From an uncultured Candidatus Saccharibacteria bacterium (GTDB taxonomy: Bacteria > Patescibacteriota > Minisyncoccia > Phycocordibacterales > JACOZG01), in assembly GCA_964399075.1 (NCBI GenBank), contig CAYNPK010000001.1:268400-332399 (forward strand): 64,000 nt of DNA. The letters run 5' to 3'. A program made the translations under genes and the position numbers. The notes under the pieces are model-generated. The model saw only the letters and a program-made list of their open reading frames with translations. It was not told the origin of the DNA and made no database searches. This document shows positions 59,627-64,000 of this stretch, one piece after another; position 1 is the stretch's first letter; every line of letters begins with the position of its first letter.

Positions 59627-60862
59627 CTATTCATAACGCAAGGCCTCAATCGGACTTTTGTCTGCCGCGCGTTTAGCCGGATAAAGACCGAAGATGACAC
59701 CAACTCCGGCAGAAACTAAGACGCCCAAGATCGCCGCCTCGACAGGAAAAGTAAACGCCCAACCATCAGCCACCACTTTAGCTAAAACAAGCGAAGCGAC
59801 GAAAGAAATGAAAGCGCCGACAATGATACCAATCACACCGCCGGTGGTAGTTAAGACAATCGCTTCCCACAAAAATTGTCGAAGAATCGTTCGGCGCGTC
59901 GCGCCCAGCGCCTTGCGCAAACCAATTTCTTGAGTTCTCTCGGTTACCGAAACCAACATGATATTCATCACCCCAATCCCGCCAACCACCAGAGAAATTG
60001 CCACCACCGAAGCCAGGAAGGATGTTAAAATAAGCATAATAGTCGAAATCTGATCGATTAATCCCTGTTGAGTCATAACGGAAAAATCATCCTTTTGTCC
60101 CGGATGAAGGCCGTGAGACTCGCGCAGAGTAGCTACAATATCATGCTCCAACCGCTCAACACTGGAAGGACTGTCGGCTTTAGCAATAATCCGATGAAAA
60201 TAATTAGTCCCCAGCAAATAAGTTTGAGCCGTGGTGTATGGCATCAGAACTAGATCATCAATGTCAAACATGCTTCGCTGACCAGTCTTGGGATAAACAC
60301 CAATGATTCTAAATTGGGTATCTTTAATTGTAATCCGTTCACCGAGAGCGTCAGAAGCGCCAAATAATTCTTCTTTAACCTTAGAGCCAATAATCACGAC
60401 CCGAGAACGATTCTGAACATCCATATCAGAAAAGATAGTCCCCGGTGAAGGATAAACATTGAAAGTGGAACCAAAAAATTCCGCAATGGCACCAATCATG
60501 TAGGCTGGTCTATAGGTTTCCCCTCGGTAGGCAAGGCCACCGGGCACTACTACCACCGGCATCAGATCACTAAGATTGGGCACATTAGTTTTTCTACGGA
60601 GAGCGGTGATATCTCGATTGGTTAAAGAGTCGGAGAAAATTACCGACGGATCAGTCATGTCACCTGGTAAAATAACGACCGTCTCGGCCCCCATCTGGTT
60701 GACTTCGCTTAAAATTAAACCTTGAGCGCCTTGTCCCAAAGACATGATGATGATTATCGAAGCGACTCCAATAACAATGCCAAGAATAGTTAAAAATGAT
60801 CGAGCTTGATTAACCCGAATGGAGGCGAGGGCGAAACGTAAGGTATGTTTAAGCTTACTCAT
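59627..60862 (-). CDS. MacB-type ABC transporter permease
   Basis: RSFLTILGIVIGV and VGGIGVMNIMLVSVTERTQEIGLRKALGA. Confidence 0.93.
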   Translation of the reverse strand: MSKLKHTLRFALASIRVNQARSFLTILGIVIGVASIIIIMSLGQGAQGLILSEVNQMGAETVVILPGDMTDPSVIFSDSLTNRDITALRRKTNVPNLSDLMPVVVVPGGLAYRGETYRPAYMIGAIAEFFGSTFNVYPSPGTIFSDMDVQNRSRVVIIGSKVKEELFGASDALGERITIKDTQFRIIGVYPKTGQRSMFDIDDLVLMPYTTAQTYLLGTNYFHRIIAKADSPSSVERLEHDIVATLRESHGLHPGQKDDFSVMTQQGLIDQISTIMLILTSFLASVVAISLVVGGIGVMNIMLVSVTERTQEIGLRKALGATRRTILRQFLWEAIVLTTTGGVIGIIVGAFISFVASLVLAKVVADGWAFTFPVEAAILGVLVSAGVGVIFGLYPAKRAADKSPIEALRYE

Positions 60863-60874
60863 TTGTTTGATTGA

Positions 60875-61594
60875 TTATTTAACAAATCCTGAAGAGGCCT
60901 GACGACGACTTTTAACCTTACTATCTTCAATAATTTTGCCATCAAAAATTTTAATAATCCTCTCGGCGTATTCTGCAGTATACGCCTCGTGAGTAATTAA
61001 CATAATAGTATGACCATGATCGGAGTGGAGTTTCTGCAAAATTTCCATCACGGCGCCACCAGAGATAGAGTCAAGATTGCCAGTTGGTTCATCAGCAAAG
61101 ATCACTCGTGGATCATTAACTAAGGCTCTAGCAATTGCCGTACGCTGTTTTTCCCCACCGGAGAGTTTGTAAGTCTGATAGTCACTGCGGTGACTAAGCC
61201 CCACCCTTTCAATCGCCTGGCTAATTCTTTTTGACCATTCGGATTCTGGTCGACGAGAATAAAGCAAAGGTAACTGAACATTTTCATAAACAGTATTACG
61301 ACCCAATAAATTGAAAGACTGGAAGACAAAGCCCATTTCTTCGTTCCTTACTCTGGCAATTTCATCATCAGAATACTGACTAAATTTTTTTCCGTTAAAT
61401 TTATAAACTCCATCCGTGTAATCAGCCAGAAAACCCAAGATATGAAGTAGGGTTGACTTACCCGAGCCTGAGGGTCCCACAATCGAAACAAATTCCCCCC
61501 GATCGATATTGAAAGAAAGTCCACGTAGAACTTCCGTCTTAGCTTCATCACTCTCGTAAGTCTTAACCAGATTGGCGACTTCAAACAAGGCCAT
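60875..61594 (-). CDS. ABC transporter ATP-binding protein (LolD/MacB-like)
   Basis: [17 protein letters not shown] and ADEPTGNLD. Confidence 0.95.
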   Translation of the reverse strand: MALFEVANLVKTYESDEAKTEVLRGLSFNIDRGEFVSIVGPSGSGKSTLLHILGFLADYTDGVYKFNGKKFSQYSDDEIARVRNEEMGFVFQSFNLLGRNTVYENVQLPLLYSRRPESEWSKRISQAIERVGLSHRSDYQTYKLSGGEKQRTAIARALVNDPRVIFADEPTGNLDSISGGAVMEILQKLHSDHGHTIMLITHEAYTAEYAERIIKIFDGKIIEDSKVKSRRQASSGFVK

Positions 61595-61613
61595 ATGACA
61601 ATTTGCAGTCTAA

Positions 61614-63104
61614 CTAACGAAGACGCTGCAACTCTTCGTCTTTAATAAAAGTAATAACCGTATCTCCATCGTGTAAACCAGAGGTAATTTCCACTCGACC
61701 ATCAGAACCGCGTAAACCAAGTTCGACTTCTTGCTCCCGAACTTTATCATCAGAAATTAAACGAACGAAAGTTCGCCCCTCTGACCGGATAATTGCCCGA
61801 CCTGGAACGGCCAAAACTCCGTCTCGAGATTCAGAAGAAATATCAACATCAGCCGACATGCCAACTTTAATTACCGAACTTTCGTCAACAAAATAAAGTT
61901 TGGTTTTAAAAACCGTAATCCCATCACGGACTTCAGCCACCGGTGAGACATAAGCCACCCTTAAAACAAAATTCTTATCCGGAAAAGCAGCAAAAGTGGC
62001 AAGAGCTTGATCGCCGACATTAACATTAGCAATATCTGCTTCGGGAATATATAAAACCACATGATAATCTTTATCAGAAATTAGAGAGATAGCTGGAGCG
62101 CCCGGTAAAACTGCTTCACCAACAGACACCGACACCGAACGGACTACTCCGCCAAACGGCGCAACAATTGTTAAGCGCGATAGGGCAATTTGTGCTGAAC
62201 GGACCACCGCGCGAGCTTGGGCCACCAAGGCTTCTTGAGTAGCAATCTGCTCTGAACTTGAACCCTCCAAACTTAGAGCTCTATCCGCTTCAGCTTGATC
62301 TCTGACCGCTAGCGCTTGTTCGTAAGCTCGACGATTGGCGACATAACTACTAGACCGAGTATTGGGAATTTCCACCAACCAGTCAATATCTCGGCCACGC
62401 ACAAAATCTTCTGGAAACTGGAGATATAATCCTTTAGTGCCTAATGCTTGCGGGCTAGACGTAGAAACTTCACCATTGCCAGATTCTAAACCAGAATAAC
62501 TGAAAGAGTAGCCAGACGAAGCAGAAGATTTGTACAAAGAAATATGATATTCTCCCTCATCGATAGCTTTATAAGAACCAGAAACTGTCGGTGGAGTAAA
62601 AGTCCAATCATCATTCTCATAAGAATTACCGACAAAATAAGCTTCTAAATCAGATGTTAAGAGTGTCTGACGGGCACTCTCTAGCGCCGTTTCTGCCACC
62701 TGCAGACGAGTAGACGCTGCGCGTTCTTGAATCACCGAGGAACCGGCTCTCATTTCCGCCAAGCGAGCTTCTTGGGCTCTTAGCGCCGCTTGCGCGTTAA
62801 CTAAATCAGTTTCTTTAGCAATGCGATCAAGAGAAGCCAAAGTTAAACCCGGAGAGACGAGCTCCCCCTCCCTCACCGCCACCTGTGACACGGTGCCAGA
62901 AACTTCAAAAGACAGCGTAACATCCTCATCCACCGCAACCACACCGGTGCCACTGACAACTTCACTTACCGTGGTGTGGCGAACTATCTCGGATTCAAAA
63001 TCAGCCTCACTGGAACGCAAAAAGACGTACCAAACAATGACCAAGATTACGACCACAATAATCCAAGTCCACGGCTTCTTAGCAAAATAAATAAATCTAG
63101 TCAT
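61614..63104 (-). CDS. Efflux periplasmic adaptor (MacA/HlyD-like)
   Basis: LSFEVSGTVSQVAVREGELV, IVAPFGGVV, GMSADVDI and VEITSGL. Confidence 0.88.
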   Translation of the reverse strand: MTRFIYFAKKPWTWIIVVVILVIVWYVFLRSSEADFESEIVRHTTVSEVVSGTGVVAVDEDVTLSFEVSGTVSQVAVREGELVSPGLTLASLDRIAKETDLVNAQAALRAQEARLAEMRAGSSVIQERAASTRLQVAETALESARQTLLTSDLEAYFVGNSYENDDWTFTPPTVSGSYKAIDEGEYHISLYKSSASSGYSFSYSGLESGNGEVSTSSPQALGTKGLYLQFPEDFVRGRDIDWLVEIPNTRSSSYVANRRAYEQALAVRDQAEADRALSLEGSSSEQIATQEALVAQARAVVRSAQIALSRLTIVAPFGGVVRSVSVSVGEAVLPGAPAISLISDKDYHVVLYIPEADIANVNVGDQALATFAAFPDKNFVLRVAYVSPVAEVRDGITVFKTKLYFVDESSVIKVGMSADVDISSESRDGVLAVPGRAIIRSEGRTFVRLISDDKVREQEVELGLRGSDGRVEITSGLHDGDTVITFIKDEELQRLR

Positions 63105-63490
63105 TATTCAGAAACTTTTGATATTTTCAACTTTATTTCTGTTTGATCCTCAGAAACACTAATTAGCGTAATCTCATAATCGTGCCAGCGCTTGGCTTCC
63201 CCAGCACCATCTAGCTCTTGATAAATAGCTAATTGATCTGTTCTATCGTCTTCTGATAAGTTTAAAATATAAACACCAGTGGTAGCCGAAAATGAAGAAT
63301 CCGGCTGACTTGAAGAATTCTCGTGTCCGTAAGATAAATATTTAATAATTAAATTATTAAACACCACTTGTTCTTCTCCAAGTTTCAAAGTTAATTTCTG
63401 ATTAGAATTATTAGACATAAAATTAAAAACCATCGCGACTATGATCAAGACTGATACTACAACAATTAGACCGTAAACAACAATTTTCAT
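63104..63490 (-). CDS. Hypothetical membrane-anchored protein
   Basis: N-terminal TM helix. Its stop overlaps the adaptor gene start. Confidence 0.55.
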   Translation of the reverse strand: MKIVVYGLIVVVSVLIIVAMVFNFMSNNSNQKLTLKLGEEQVVFNNLIIKYLSYGHENSSSQPDSSFSATTGVYILNLSEDDRTDQLAIYQELDGAGEAKRWHDYEITLISVSEDQTEIKLKISKVSE

Positions 63491-63502
63491 ATTTTCTAGT
63501 TT

Positions 63503-64000
63503 CTAGTGTAGAGTCCAACCACCGTCAACCGCCAACACTTGGCCGGTAATATAATTAGACTTATCAGAAGCCAAGAATACCACCGCTTGGGCAATATCAT
63601 CTGGAGTACCCATTTGCTTCCAGGGAATACCGGCAATTGTTCCATTCTTCATCTCTTCCGTCATCGCTCCTGTTGCCCCCGACGTATCAATCGCGCCCGG
63701 CGCGACGGCGTTAACGTTTATTTTCCTATCAGCCAGTTCTAAGGCCAGAGCTCTTATCAAACCGTTAACACCGCTCTTAGAAGCGCAATAATGCGTCAGC
63801 CCCTCAAAGCCAATCAAGGAAGCAATCGAGGAAATGTTAACAATTTTCCCACCAGCCTTCATCTCTTTCACCGCCGCTTGAGAACACAAGAAAACGCTTT
63901 TTAGATTAACATCCAGCACCTTATCCCAATCAGCCTCCTTCATTTCAGTAAAAGAGACGAAAGGGAAAATACCAGCGTTATTCACCAAGATATCCAACTT
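63503..64000 (-). CDS. SDR oxidoreductase (FabG-like), 5'-truncated by window edge
   Basis: LVNNAGI, YCASK, VNAVAPG and ITGQVLAVDGG. Confidence 0.9.
   Translation of the reverse strand, partial: KLDILVNNAGIFPFVSFTEMKEADWDKVLDVNLKSVFLCSQAAVKEMKAGGKIVNISSIASLIGFEGLTHYCASKSGVNGLIRALALELADRKINVNAVAPGAIDTSGATGAMTEEMKNGTIAGIPWKQMGTPDDIAQAVVFLASDKSNYITGQVLAVDGGWTLH

Overview
The window looks like chromosomal DNA from a Patescibacteria (CPR, probably Parcubacteria) genome. It is a dense, mostly minus-strand housekeeping backbone: 23S-5S rRNA with no linked 16S, four tRNAs, ribosomal proteins, five aminoacyl-tRNA synthetases, ftsK/recA/efp, type IV pilus genes, a dTTP-synthesis cluster and a MacAB-type exporter. 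Small GC-richer solitary genes are scattered through it. The main feature is a diversity-generating retroelement (DGR) at about 43.75-46.36 kb. It comprises a reverse transcriptase (RT), an Avd-like gene on the opposite strand, a 93-nt template repeat (TR) inside an apparently structured RNA, and a local target gene. A second, remote target lies 13 kb away at about 32.0-32.5 kb. All 10 mismatches between TR and the two variable repeats (VR) fall on TR adenines. Less expected features: (1) a C10/G10 tract at the head-to-head 5' ends of RT and Avd whose length decides which ATG is in frame; (2) a C6 frameshift in the remote target; (3) a promoter/boxA-like/leader block shared by both targets; (4) two translation-initiation classes (leaderless or SD-less housekeeping genes versus strong-SD solitary genes), together with a CsrA homolog; (5) a histidine-phosphatase domain inserted in IleRS. 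All annotations come from motif recognition by eye, and no searches were run.
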